A stretch of 64,000 bases of DNA, from assembly GCF_009914755.1 (NCBI RefSeq), contig NC_060931.1. One strand, 5' to 3'. The notes beneath the pieces are model-generated. The model worked only from the letters and a program-made list of their open reading frames with translations. It did no database searches and was not told the origin of the DNA. Origin of the DNA: the human T2T-CHM13v2.0 reference genome, Homo sapiens. This document shows, piece by piece, positions 1-17,880 of the stretch. Position 1 is the stretch's first letter. Every line of letters begins with the position of its first letter. The translations under genes were made by a program, and so were the position numbers.

Positions 1-185
1 ACTGAATACCAGGCCACCACACACGAGCTGGAGAGGCCAGGCTCCTCTCTCTGCATAAGGCATGAGTTCCTGGTGGCTCCACCCCATTCCCCCAGTGCAA
101 GTGGGCCTCCAGTCTGTTGTGGGCATGCCCAGGCAAGACCCTGTGCAGGCTCCCTTATCTGCCTCCTGAATCTACCACCCTCACA
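1..185 (-). mobile_element. Probable ERV LTR fragment (family unassigned)
   Basis: LTR-like sequence ending ...TCACA (TGTGA on minus), abutting the MaLR fragment. Confidence 0.35.
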
Positions 186-731
<546 letters not shown>

Positions 732-931
732 TCAAAGATTGAGGTCTCCATTGGGTAGATGGAAGTGATATGCAGCAGATACAATATTATACAATTTTGC
801 ATCTACAAATCATGTTTTTAAATGATAACACCTGATTTTGGCAGAGCCCACATCATTGCTGACATTAAAACTAGACAAATAAGCAAAACTCTTAGTAGTC
901 TTAGTTTCTTTGTCAATACAAATCAATTTTA

Positions 932-1282
<351 letters not shown>

Positions 1283-4200
1283 TCAACAAAGTACTATTTT
1301 CAAATAATCCTGTTGAAAATACTTGTAATATACCTTATGTAATGATTGCTAAAGTCATCCTAAAATATTGAATATCATATGGTATTTGCAGTTTGGAGGG
1401 GTTTTTTTTACATTGTTCACTAGCACTTGAACATCCTGCCTATTAAATTTGTGCAAAATATAAATATTGGGAGCTTTAAAGCTGGGCTAAAGTTGCCTCA
1501 GAAACTCAGAAATTCTTGAGAAACCTTTTCTGTAACTTTCTTTCTTTCTTTTCATCCTTCTTTGACATTAATATGAATCATCAGTTTCAAAAAATTGCTT
1601 GCTGAGATCTGATTTGACATCATGCTTTTATTACAATAATTATTCTATACTCAAATGTTTTGGCTAAAAACACTTGATTTAACCCTGTCCTTTCACACAC
1701 CTATATCTTTAACTATTTCATCTATCTAAACAGCTAGAAATCTTAATTAAAGCTTATGAACACAGCAGTTTTTCTTCTATAATAATTCCATTATATTTAA
1801 CCTCCCTTTGCTTGTCTTTAAAATAAAGTAGAGAGTTATTATTTTACTGCTCTTGGGAGTGTACATGTTAAGGTCTTCTTATGTGCCTGGGTCCAGCGTT
1901 GTGCCAAGGGGTTGGCCTCTGTGGTTTGATTTCAGAAGAAATTCTCCACTGTTCTGAATATTTGAAAGGTAATCAGGAAGAGTCATGGTCTTGCATTCCA
2001 TAATTTGTCTTAAGGTTAAATAAAAGTAATTACTCTTTTTTGGAGCATAATACTGGTCCAAAACATTTGATATGCAATGTCTCATTTTGATCAGCACATC
2101 AAAACTGTTATGTAGGATCATCACAATCATTCTCTTTTGAGGTCTCAATGGATAGTGACTTGACCAAGATGGCCCAGACAGTGTTGAAAATATCACTCAA
2201 CAGTAGGAGCCAGAAAAAAACGCTGGGCTTTTTATTCCAAAGTCCTAGATCTTTCCACTGTAACAGGATAATGTAATTCATACCAATATGTCAATCACAG
2301 TTCTCAGAGATGTGCCTTGGAGCATTGCTGCATAGGCAAAGAAAGGAGACCGAATATCCCAGGGACCCTAAGAGATAACTGTGGGGGCTAACCAAGCCTA
2401 GCATTCTGGGTCCACTCAGGAGACAGAAGCAACACAATGGAGAAGAAGTGGAGCAAAATGGCCAAATAGAAACCTCTACTGATCATCCTCCCCACAGGAA
2501 CACCAAATCAAACAACTATCCTCACAAAAAAGCACCTTCATAAGAACCAAAAATCAGGTGAGTGATCACAGTACCTGGTTTGAACTTCACAGCCCTGTAA
2601 GAGGCACTGAAGAGGGTAGGAAAGAGAGCGTTGAATTGCTGACATCACTCCTCCCCCACCCCCTGGCAGTGGCCACAGGGCATGGAGACACAATCCTCTG
2701 TGTTTGGGGGAGGGAGAGCACAGTGATTGTGGGACTTTACATTGGAACTCGGTACAGCAGAAAGCAATACAGGGCTGAACTCAGCTGGTGCTCGCAGAGA
2801 GAGCAGTTAGGCCAGCCCTAGCCAGAGGGGAATTGCACATCCCAGCAGCCGGAACCTGAGTTCTGGCAAGCCCCACCACTGCAGGCAAAAGTGCTCTGGG
2901 GTTCTAAACAAACTTGAAAGGCAGTCTAGGCCACAAGAACTGCAATTCCTGGACAAGTCCTGGTGCTGTGCGGGGCTTGGAGCCAGTAGACTTGGGGGGC
3001 ATGCAACCTAGTAAGACACCAGTTGGGACAAGCCAAGGGAGTACTTGCATTGCCCCTCCCACAACCCCAGGCAGCGCAACTCACAGCTCCGAGAGGGACT
3101 CCTTCCTTCTGTTTGAGGCGGGGGAAGAGTAAAGAAGACTTTGTCTTGCAACTTGGAGACCAGCTCGGCAGGATAGGGCACTGGGCAGAGTCCTGAGGTC
3201 CCCATTCCAGGTCCTAACTCCTAGATGACATTTCTAGACACACCCTGCGCCAGAGGGGAACCCACTACCTTAAAGAATCGCCTCAGAAGAGCAAATCTAA
3301 CAGTTATTGGCCTTAAAGAGGAAGTAGAGAGATAGATAGGGGTAGAAGGTTTATTCAAAGGCATAATGTCAAAGAACTTCCCAAACCTAGAATCCTGCTC
3401 AGTCCCTGCAGGATTCATCAATTGCTGACCAAAGAGCTCTTGGGCCTCAAATAATCAGCAGTGAGGGTGAGACTCAGAGACATGCTGGCTTCTGGTGTGA
3501 TCCAGCATACACCCAGCTTTGGTGGCTATGGGGACTCCTCATGCCTGAGAAAGGAGAGGGAAGAGTAAAGGGGACTTATCTTGCAGTTTAGGTACCAGCT
3601 CAGCCACAATGGGGTAGAGCACCAAGTGAGCTCTTGGGATCCCTGATTCCAGGCCTTAGCTCTTAGATGGCATTTGAGGAAGACCATTGCCCTGAAGTGA
3701 GAGTCCCATGCCTGACAGCAGTCCCCAAAGGCTGACTGAAGAGTCCTTGGACCTTGAATGAAAATCGATAGTAGCCAGGCAGTAGTCACCACAGGCCTCA
3801 GACAGGGGTGGCCCACAAGGAGAGACTCCTCTGCTCCTGTAAAGAGGAGGGAAGAGTAGGAAAGACTCTGTCTTGTTCTTCGGTGCCAGCTCAGCCACAG
3901 CAGAATAGAACACCAAGTAGATTCTTGTTTCTGATGCCAGGCCCTGGCTCTAAGATGGCATCTCTGGACACACCCAGGACTGAGAGGAACTTGCCACCTT
4001 GAAGGGAAGGACACAAGCCTGGCTGGCTTCACCACCTACTGATTGTAGAGCCGTAGGGCCTTAGGCAAGCATAGTTGGTAGCCAGGCAGTGGATACTGCA
4101 GACCTTGGGCGAGACCCAGTCTGACCCAGCACAGTTCTAGTTTTTGAACATTGCAGCCATATCTGCATTAGGCTGGCCACAAGGGCAGTGTGTCACCCCT

Positions 4201-4847
4201 CTGCCAGCTCCAGCAGCTCAGCACAAAGTGAGAGACTCTATTTGTTTGGGATAAAGTAAGGGAAGACAACAAGAATCTCTGCCTGGTAATCCAGAGAATT
4301 TTTCCTGATCTTACCCAAGACCACCAAGGTGGTAGGTACCCCTACAAGTCTGCAAAAGCCTCAGCATTATTGGGCTTGGGGTGCCCCCTAATGCAGATAT
4401 GGCCGCAGCGACCAAAAACTTAGATCACAATACCCAAGTCCCTTCAAATGTCTGGAAAGCCTTCCTGAGAAGGACAGGTACAAACAAGCCAAGACTGCAA
4501 AGACTACAATAAATACCTAACTCTTAAATGCCCAGACACTGATGAACATCCACAAGAATTAAGACCATCCCGGAAAACATGACCTCACCAAATGAACTAA
4601 ATAAGGCACCAGTGACCAATCGTGGAGAGACATATATGTGACCTTTCAGACACAGAATTCAAAATAACTGTTTTGAGGACACTCAATGAGATTCAAGATA
4701 ACACAAAGAAGAAATTCAGAATCCTATCCGATAAATTTAACAAAGAGGTTGAAATAATTGAAAATAGTCAAGCAGAAGTTCTAGACTTGAAAAATGCAAT
4801 TGACATATAAAGAATGCATCAGAGTCTCCTAGCAGCAGAATTGATCA

Positions 4848-5221
<374 letters not shown>

Positions 5222-5520
5222 GAAAATACACAGTCAAATAAGTCAAAAGAAAAAAGAATGAAGCATGTCTAGAAGATATAGAAAATGACCTCAAAAGAGC
5301 AAATCTAAGAGTTATTGGCCTTAGAGAGGGAGTAGATAGATAGGGGTAGAAAGTTTATTCAAAGGGAAAATATCAGAGAACTTCTCAAACCTAGAGAAAG
5401 ATATCAATATTTAAGTATAAGAAGGTTATAGAACATCAAGAAGATTTAACCCAAATAAGAATACCTCAAGGCATTTAATAATTAAACTCCCAAAGGTCAA
5501 GGATAAAGAAAGGAACCTGA

Positions 5521-5873
5521 GGCCGGATGCAGTGTCTCATGCCTGTAATCTCAGCACTTTGGGAGGCCAATGTGGGTGGATCACCTGAGGTCAGGAGTTG
5601 AGACCAGCCTGGTCAACATGGTGAAATCCCATCTCTACTAAAAATACAAAAATTAGCCGGACGTGGTGGCAGGTGCCTGTAATCCCAGCTACTTGGGAGG
5701 CTGAGGCAGGAGAATTGCTTGAACCCAGGAGGCAGAGGTAGCAGTGAGCCAAGATCATGCCATGCCATTGCACTCCACCCTGAGCAACATGAGTGAAACA
5801 CCATCTCAAAAAAAAAAAAAAAAGAAAGAAAGGAAGGAAGGAAGGAAGGAAGGAAGGAAGGAAGGAAGGAAGC
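5521..5873 (+). mobile_element. AluS in L1 ORF1 with (GAAG)n-expanded tail
   Basis: Full Alu; tail (A)n then GAAG repeats ~5828-5872; TSD AAGAAAG(G/A)AACCT. Confidence 0.93.
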
Positions 5874-6029
5874 AAGAAAGAAACCTAAACGCAGCAAGAG
5901 AAAAGAAACAAATAACATACATATGGCCAGCAGTGTATTTCTCAGTGGAACATTACAGCCAGGAGAGAGTGGCTTGACTTATTTAAAGTGCTGAAAAAAT
6001 AAAACTTTCATCCTAGAATAGTATATTGA

Positions 6030-6475
<446 letters not shown>

Positions 6476-6999
6476 AAGAAATGCTGAAGGAAGTTTTTCA
6501 ATCTGAAAGAAAAGGACATTAATGAGCAATGAGAAATCATATGAAGGTACAAAACTCACTGGTAATAGTAAATACACAGAAGAACATAGAATATTATAAC
6601 ACTGTAACTGCAGTGTGTAAACTACTCATATCTTGAGTAGAAAGACTAAAAGATGAACTGATCAGAAATAATAACTAAAACATCTTTTCAAGGCATAGAC
6701 AGTACAACAAGATATAAATAGAAACAACAAAGTTAAAAAGCAGGAGAGCAAAGTTCGAGTTTTTATTAGTTTTCTCTTTGCTTGCTTTTTTGTTTATGCA
6801 AATCAGTGTTAAGCTGTCATCAGTTTAAAATAATAAGTTATAACATGTTATTTGAAAGCTTCATGGTAAGGTAACCTCAAATCAAAAACATACAACTGAT
6901 ACACAAAAACGAAAAACCAAGAAATTAATATATACCACCAGAGAAAATCACCTTCACTAACAGGAAAACAGGAAGGAAGGAAAGAGGAAGAGAAGACCA

Positions 7000-9900
7000 G
7001 AAAACAAATAACAAAACTGCAGAAGTATGTTCTTACTTATCAATAACATTGAATGTGAATGAACTAAACTATCTAATCAAAAGACGTAGAGTGGCTGAAC
7101 GGATAAAAAACAAGACCTAACAATCTGTTGCCTACAAGAAACACACTTCACCTATGAAGACACATAGACTGAAAATAAAGAGATGGAAAAAGATATTCCA
7201 TGCAAATGGAAACCAAAAAAGACCAAGAGTAGCTATACTTATATCCTACAAAATAGATTTCAAGACAAAAATTATAAGAAGAGACAAAGAAGGTCACTAT
7301 ATAATGATAAAGGGGTCAAATCAGCAAGAGGATGTAACAATTGTAAATATATATGCACCCAACACTTGAACACGCAGATATATAAGCAAATATTATTAAA
7401 GCTAAAGAGATAGACTTCAATACAATAATAACTGGAGACTTCCAGAGAGAAAAGCAACAAAGAAACATCATACTTAATCTACAGTACAGACAAAATGAGC
7501 CTAACAGATATTTACAGAACACTTCATCCATCAGCTGCAGAATACACATTCTCCTCAGCACGTGGATCATTCTCAAGGATAGACCACATGTGAGGCCACA
7601 AAACAAGTCTTTAAAAATTCAAAAAGATTGAAATTATATCAAGTATTTTCTCTAACCACACACAATGTAATAAAACTAGAAATCAATAACAAGAGGAATT
7701 TTGAAAACTATGCAAATACATGGAAATTAAACAATATGTTCCTGAATGACCAGTGGTCAATTAAGAAATTAAGAAAGAAATAGAAAAATTTCTTGAAACA
7801 AATGAAAATGAATACACAACATACCAAAACCAAAACCTATGGGATATAGCAAAAGCAGTACTAAGAAGAAGGTTTATAGCAATAAGCACCTACATCTTAA
7901 ATGTAGAATATTAAATAAACAAGCTAACAATACATCTAAAATAACTAGAGGCTGGGTGCAGTGGCTCATGTCTGTAATCCCAGCATTTTGGGAGGCTGAT
8001 ACAGGAGGATCACTTGAGGCCAGGAGTTCAAGACGAGCCTGGCCAACAGGCGAAACCCCATTTCTACTAAAAATACAAAAATTAGCCAGGCATAGTGGCA
8101 CATGCCTGCAATCTCAGCAACTCAGGAGGCTGAGGTGGGAGGATGGCTTGACCTTGGGAGGCAGAGGTCGCAGTAAACTGAGATACCACCACTGCACTCC
8201 AGCCTAGGCAACAGAGCAAGACTCTTTCTCAAAAAAAAAAAAAAGAAAGAAAGAAAGATAAAGAACTAGAAAAAGAAGAGCAAACCAAACCTAAAATTAG
8301 TGGAAGAAAAACATAATAAAGGTCAGAGCAGAAATAAAATAATACAAAAGATTGATGAAATAAAAAGTTGGTTTTTTGAAAAGATAAACAAAATCAACAA
8401 ATCTTTAGCCAGGTTATCCAAGAAAAAAAGGAGAGAAGACCTAAATAAATAAAATCAGAGAGGAAAAAGGAGACATTACAACTGGTACTGCAGAAATTGA
8501 AATAATCATTAGAGACTATTGTGAGCAACTATATGCTAATAAACTGAACACATTCGAAGAAATGAATAAATTCCTAGATACATACAACCTACCAAGATTG
8601 AACCATGAAGAAATCCAAAATCTGAACAGACCAATAATGAGTAACAAGATCAAAGCCATAATAAAAAGTCTCCCAACAAAGAAAACCTTGGGACCTGATG
8701 GCTTCACTACTGAATTTTATCAAACATTTCAAAAAGAACTAATACCAATCCTACTCAAACTATTCCAAAAAATAGAAGGGGACAGAATACTTCCAAAGTC
8801 ATTCTACAAGGCCAGTATTACCCTAATACCAAAATCAAAGACACATCAAAATAAGAAAACTCCAGGCCAATATCCCTGATGAATATTGATGCAAAAATCC
8901 TAACAAAATACTAGAAAACCAAACTCAACAACATATTAAAAAGATCATTCATCATGACCAAGGGGGACTTATCCCAGGGATGCAAGGATGACTCTATATA
9001 TGCAAATCAATCAATATGATACCTCACATCAATAGAATGAAGGACAAAAACCATGAGATCATTTCAACTGATGCTGAAAAAGCATTTCATAAAATTCAAC
9101 ATCCCTTCATGATAAAAACCCTAAAGAAAACTGGGTATAGAAAGAACATACCTCAACACAATAAAAGCCATATAAGACAAACCCACAGCTAGTATCCTAT
9201 TGAATGAGGAAATACTGAAAGCTTTTCCTCTATGATCTGTAAGATGACAAAGATGCCCATTTTCACCTGTTCAACATAATACTGGAAGTCCTAGCTAGAG
9301 CAATCAGACAAGAGAAAGAAATAAAGGGTATTCAAATTAGAAAGGAAGAAGTCAAATTATTCTTGTTCGCAGATGATAAAATCTTATATTTGGAAAAAAA
9401 ACTAAAGATTCCACCAAAAAACCATTGGAAGTGATAAACAAATTCAGTAAAGTTAAAGGATACAAAATCAACATAAAAAATCAGTAGCATTTCTATATAC
9501 TAGCAATGAATAATATGAAAAAGAAATCAAAGTAATCTCATTTAAGATAGATACAAATAAAATAAAATACTTAGGCATTAACTTTACCAAAGAAGTCAAA
9601 GAGCTCTACAATGAAAACTGTATAACATTGATGAAAGAAATTGAAGAGGACACAAAAAGAATGGAAAGCTATTCTGTGTTCATAGATTGGAAGAATCAAC
9701 ATTGTTAAAATGTTCATACCACCCAAAGCGACCTGCAGATTCAATGTAATCCCTATCCAAATACCAATGTCATTCTTCACAGAAATAGAAAACAATCCTA
9801 AAATTTATATGGAACCACAAAAGACCCAGACTAACCAAAGCTATCTTGAGCAAAAAAATAAAACTAGAGGAATCGCATTACCTGACCTCCAACTATACTA

Positions 9901-10980
9901 CAGAGCTATAGTAACCAAAACAGCATGGTACTGGCATAAAAACAGACGCATACACCAATGGAGCAGAATAGAGAACCCAGAAACAAATCCAAACATCTAC
10001 AGTGAACTCATTTTTGACAAAAGTGCCAAGAACGTACTTTGGGGGACAGGGCAGACTCTTTAATAAATGGTGCTGGGAAAACTGGATATCCATATTCAAA
10101 AGAATGAAACTAGAACCCTATCTCCTGCCATGTATAAAGATCAAACCAAAATGGATTAAAGACTTAAATCTAAGACTTCAAACTATGAAATTACTAAAAG
10201 AAAACATTGGGGAAACTCTCCAGGACATTGGACTGGGCAAGGATTTCTTGAGTAATACCCCATAAACACAGACAATCAAAGCAAAAATAGACAAATGAGA
10301 TCACATCAAGTAAAAAAGCTTCTGCACAGCAAAGGAACCAATCAACAAAGTGAAGGGACAACCCACAGAATAGGAGAAAACATTTGCAAACTACCTACCT
10401 CACAAGGGATCAATAACAATAATATATAAGAAACTCAAACAACTCATAAAAAATCTAATAATCCAATTTAAAAACTGGTAAAGATTTGAATAGACATTTC
10501 TCAAAAGAAGACATACAAATGGCAGATAGGTAAATTAAAAGGTGCTCAACACAACTGATTATCAGAGAAATGCAAATCAAAACTACAATGAGATATCATC
10601 TCACCCCAGTTAAAATGTCTTTTATCCAAAAGACAGGCAATAACAAATCCTGGTGAGGATGTAGAGAAAAGGGAACCCTCATATGCTGTTGGTGGGAATG
10701 TAAATTAGTTCAACCACTATGGAGAACAGTTTGGAGGTTCTTCAAAAAGCTAAAAATCGAGCTACCATATGATCTAACAATCCCACTGCTAGGTATATAC
10801 TCAAAAGAAAGGAAATCAGTATATCGAAGAGATATCTTCATTCCCATGTTTATTGCAGCACTATTCACAATAGCCAAGATTTGGAAGCAACCGATCTGTC
10901 TATCAATAGACAAATGGATAAAGAAAATGTGGTATATATAAATGAGGGAGTACTATTCAGCCGCAAAAAAGAATGTGATC
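7000..10980 (+). pseudogene. Degenerate L1 ORF2 (endonuclease/reverse transcriptase)
   Basis: Fragments 7154-7369, 8562-8879, 9710-10265 resemble ORF2p; FADD RT motif (TTCGCAGATGAT ~9367); many frameshifts. Confidence 0.9.
7950..8260 (+). mobile_element. AluJ-like in L1 ORF2
   Basis: Full Alu; TSD AAA(T/G)AACTAGA. Confidence 0.92.
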
Positions 10981-11277
10981 CTGTCATTTGCAACATGGAT
11001 GGAACGTGGATGGTCATTATGTTAAGTAAAATAAGCCAGGCACAGAAAGATAGACTTTGCATATTCTCACTTATTTGTGACAGCTAAAAATTAAAACAAT
11101 TGAATTCATGGAGGTAGAGAGTAGAACAATGGTTACCAGAGGTTGGGAAGGGTAGTAAGGGTAGAGGAAGTGAGGAATGATTAATGGGTACAAACATATA
11201 ATCCGATAGAACAAATAAGATTTAGTATTTGATAGCAAAATAATAATTTATTGTACATTTTAAAATAACTAAAAGAG

Positions 11278-11685
<408 letters not shown>

Positions 11686-11820
11686 TCAAAACATCTCATG
11701 TACCCTATAAAAATATACACCTACTGTGTACCTACAAAAATTAAAAATTAAAAACAGCAATAAAAAAAGAAACCACAGGGTAGGTTAGACAGGAAGTTGA
11801 ATATAAAGCATTATTAATTA

Positions 11821-12141
<321 letters not shown>

Positions 12142-12639
12142 TTAATTTAAAAAATTAAAGGTTGACTATAAGACAGAAGCAAACTCTATTTGTTACCCTA
12201 GGGCGAGGGAGCGTCCCCAAGGAAGGACAGACCTTGAAGGAGTTCAGAGCTCACTGGTGAAGGTGTGGTTTGGCCTACAGGAGAGAAGAGTTCGCTGGTT
12301 TTGCCAGGCCAGAGCTGGTCTGGAGTTGCTGCAAAAGCGCTAAGCCACACTCCAGAGCACAAGAGGGCAGTGGGGATCAACAACCGGAGGTGTGGATGTG
12401 CAGTGGGAGTCGGGGCACCAGCAGGGCAGAAGGCCTTGGGGGTGCAGGCTGTGTGGGGGACGGTGAGACTTGCAGAGGGAGCTGCTGCTGAGTGTGTGAC
12501 CCTCTTGGAGGGCAAGAGGCCTCCAGAGCGTGCAGGACGTGACAGGCTCTAGTTTGTGTGTCAAGAGGCCCAAGGAAAGCTTATCGCCAGGCTGAGACTA
12601 CAAGGACACAGAGGTCTGACTCTCGAAATTTTAAGAATT

Positions 12640-12945
<306 letters not shown>

Positions 12946-13124
12946 TCAGTAATAATTTAACTCACATTTATAAGGTACTTGTTATTGAATCTTTCTTTCA
13001 ACCGAAATTTATTGAACACTGACTATGTGCCAGCCACTGAGTTAGATGGTACTATTTGCAAGACAATATACCAAAGGCACCGTAAAAAGAAAAGCATATG
13101 TCTAGTCCTCAAAGCACCTAGAAT

Positions 13125-13860
<736 letters not shown>

Positions 13861-15094
13861 CCTAGAGTTTGGCACAGTGGAAATACAAGCAAGAAGCCAC
13901 GTGTATCAAAGAGGCCCAAGCAAACAACCATGAGAACACAAAGGAGAACGAGATTTATTTCAGCCCAAGGACTCTGCAAAGTCTGATGAGATGAGAACTG
14001 AAGTAGGATTTGAAAGCTAAGTAGGATTGCAATGGATGAACCTGGGAGTAAGAAGCACATCCAGTGGAGAATTAGCAAAAGCTACGTGGAAGGAAAGTGT
14101 AAGGAACACGTATGCAGTGCATAGGCCAGTACAGATAAAGGAGTGAGGGTGGGCAGGATGGGAAGTGAGCCTGGAAGGGTTCCTGGGGACAATGTGTGGG
14201 GACACAGCCCTGCTCCCAAATAGCTCGCAGGTACAAAATGATAATTACAATAAGATGCAGGTAACTCTGACAGGAATGAACTCTGGGCTTTCAGAAGAAT
14301 GAGATTGTTTAGCCAGGGGCTGTCCTGAAAGCTCCCATCACTCCTTTGGAAGAGCCTGGAGGCAGCAGAACGGAAAAGGCTGGGCTGCCTCTGAGCCTGC
14401 GCTTTCCCTCTTCTGCCACCTGTCCAGGCACAGGCTGGGATACCTGAGTCAATCTTTTTCCCGTGGGAGCCTCTCCCTTGCTTCTTCCCACAGTCTTCCT
14501 CAGACTGACAGCAGAGCTGGAAAAAGCACACCTGTAGCACCAATCCAATGGGATTATATCCTGCTCTGTGCAAGGTAGAGCCACCCTTCCTTCCCTTGTC
14601 TAAGCTAAAAAGCTATTTTTCTCACTACAGGGAAGCAAAACAAAAAGTAGGTCAGTTAGCAAGTGGTTTATGAAGTGCTTACTCAAGAAACACATCTCGG
14701 TAAATGCTTGACTATTTTTCAAACATGTGTGTACCCTGGGATTTAAAAAAATCACTTTATTTTGACCATTAGAGTTTTATATTCACTCTTTACATCGACT
14801 CATCTTATTCTATCAGGAAAACTTAAGTGTCTTAAGCGTCTGTGGCTCCGAGTAAATTTCTGTCTGTTACCAGTTTCTTCCAGGTTGTCTTGCCGGTACC
14901 TCCAAAATACAAGTGCCCTTGCACTGTCCAAGGAGCATTTCTTTCAAAGGCAATTAAGTCGGCTGTCTTAAAATAACCAGGGATTAGATTACTGAATATT
15001 TACCCATTTCTAATCCTTTAGTAAAAGGTTAGAGCTGTTGGAAGGAAAGAGGTAGGAAAAAATAAAAGGAAATATCATTGACAAAAGAATCAGG

Positions 15095-15461
<367 letters not shown>

Positions 15462-15806
15462 TTAGTTGCCAGCCTCCCACCTACGTTGTCTCTCCTGCTC
15501 TCCTACCCAATCATGCAAGGGGAATCTTTGAAATTCTTGTTTTCATGTTGGTATTTCTCTCTTGTTTAACTGTTAAGGTCACAGAAACAGACTTGTAGGC
15601 TGATGCAGTCCTCAGAGGAGCCAAAACCAGAGGAGTTGTGGTTAATAGCACTGACTAAGTTTCTGGGACATTATCAGCAAAAATAACATACAGCTCTCAT
15701 TGTTCAGTGAGTTTGATTTCTGAACTTACTCTGTCAGCAGAACTAGCCAGATTTCAACTGTAAATTAATCCAGATTTCAACTATAAATTAAACATATATT
15801 CTTTAA

Positions 15807-16110
<304 letters not shown>

Positions 16111-17003
16111 TACCTTTATTCTTTAAAAATGGTCGGAGAAATTAGGCAAATTCTAAAGCGGTCTCCTCCCTTGGCATCCCATAGAAAAATTAACTGGCAA
16201 AAAAGTACCTTTTCCCATAAAGTGGCAGTATAATATCTTTCTAGTTATTATCTGTTAATTGATGATTTCAGCCTGCCAGCTCCATTTTTCCATTCCCAGA
16301 GTGAATATCAAGTCAAAAGCAACTAACCCTACAGACCAAGAAAACAAAGCTCTAAAGCCATTGAAATTTCTTAAATTCTCTGTGTACATTATCTTAATAC
16401 TATAATTGTTCTTTAAAATACATCATATAAACAAATGGTGTTGATGGGCTATGCCATGTTCCTGGCATGAATGTAGTATGACCTGGAAAACACACTTCAT
16501 CATTCATGACTAGAATGTTCTCTCCGATTTATGCCAATAAAAACTTGGAATAATCCAAGATATACTTTACAAGTATTACATGAGAGCATGCATGCAAGAA
16601 TTGTGACTCAAACACTTAAAACCCATTTTTGGCAATTGAAAAAAGAAAGTTCGGGAGGAGGAGGGGTTTGTCAGAGGTCTTTTGCTTGGTGTTTATTAAG
16701 AAACACCAGGATACAGTGAGGGCAAAGAGGCTGAGGAAACTTCAGAGAGAAGATGACATTGGATCAGGAACCTGAGGAATGATTGAGATTTCTCCACAGA
16801 AAGAAAAAGGAAGAGGACATTTCCAACAAAGGAAAACCAGGAGCACCCAAATGGCCTGGGAAGCATCTGCCTGGTTTCAAGTGTGTCTGCAGCACAAGGT
16901 CTAGGAAGAGACGTGGCAAGAACAGACACTGGGAAAAGGGACTGAGGTCTCAGCGTGAAGATGATTATTGAATGTCTTGTTCCAGTACGTGAAACCATCA
17001 AAA

Positions 17004-17367
<364 letters not shown>

Positions 17368-17454
17368 TAATGTTTTCTATGTATCAAATATCCAACACCA
17401 AGAAATGCTGTAATTTATTTGTTAAAATCTCCTGTGAAGTGTCAACTATTCCCT

Positions 17455-17752
17455 GTTTTTTTGTCTTGTTTTGTTTTTTTGAGAAGAGTCTCACTCTGTC
17501 ATCCAAGCTGGAGCGCAGTGGCACGATCTCGGCTTACTGCAACCTCTGCCTCCGGGGTTCAAACAATTCTCGTGCCTCAGCCTCCCATTACAGGCGCCTG
17601 CCACCACGCCCAGCTAGTTTTTTTTGTATTTTTAGTAGAGACAAGTTTTCACTGTGTTGCTCAGGCTGGTCTCGAACTTCTGAGCTCAAGCAATCTGCCT
17701 GCCTCAGCCTCCCAAAGTGCTAGGATTACGGTGTGAGCCACCACGCCTGGCC
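17455..17752 (-). mobile_element. Alu (J/S)
   Basis: Reverse Alu inserted in a MIR. Confidence 0.9.
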
Positions 17753-17754
17753 AG

Positions 17755-17880
17755 TATTCCCATTTTATAAGTAGGAAACTGAGTCATAGACAGATTAAAT
17801 AACTTGTCCAAAGTCAAACAGGAAGTAAGCAGTAGAGCCAAGATTTAAACCTGGGTGCTAGCTCCAGAGCCCATGCTGTC
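17755..17880 (-). mobile_element. MIR core
   Basis: GGAAACTGAG..TTAAATAACTTGTCCAAAGTC..AGAGCCAAGATTTAAACC. Confidence 0.75.

Noticed and set aside
7154-10265. Reverse transcriptase/endonuclease-like ORFs as an active or domesticated gene
   Set aside because: Fragmented by stops, frameshifts and an Alu; a dead L1 ORF2.
15747-15791. 22-nt tandem duplication CCAGATTTCAACTRTAAATTAA (similar small duplications at ~30031, ~41101, ~51455, ~58305)
   Set aside because: Two-copy local duplications without unique spacers; not CRISPR-like and common in mammalian DNA.
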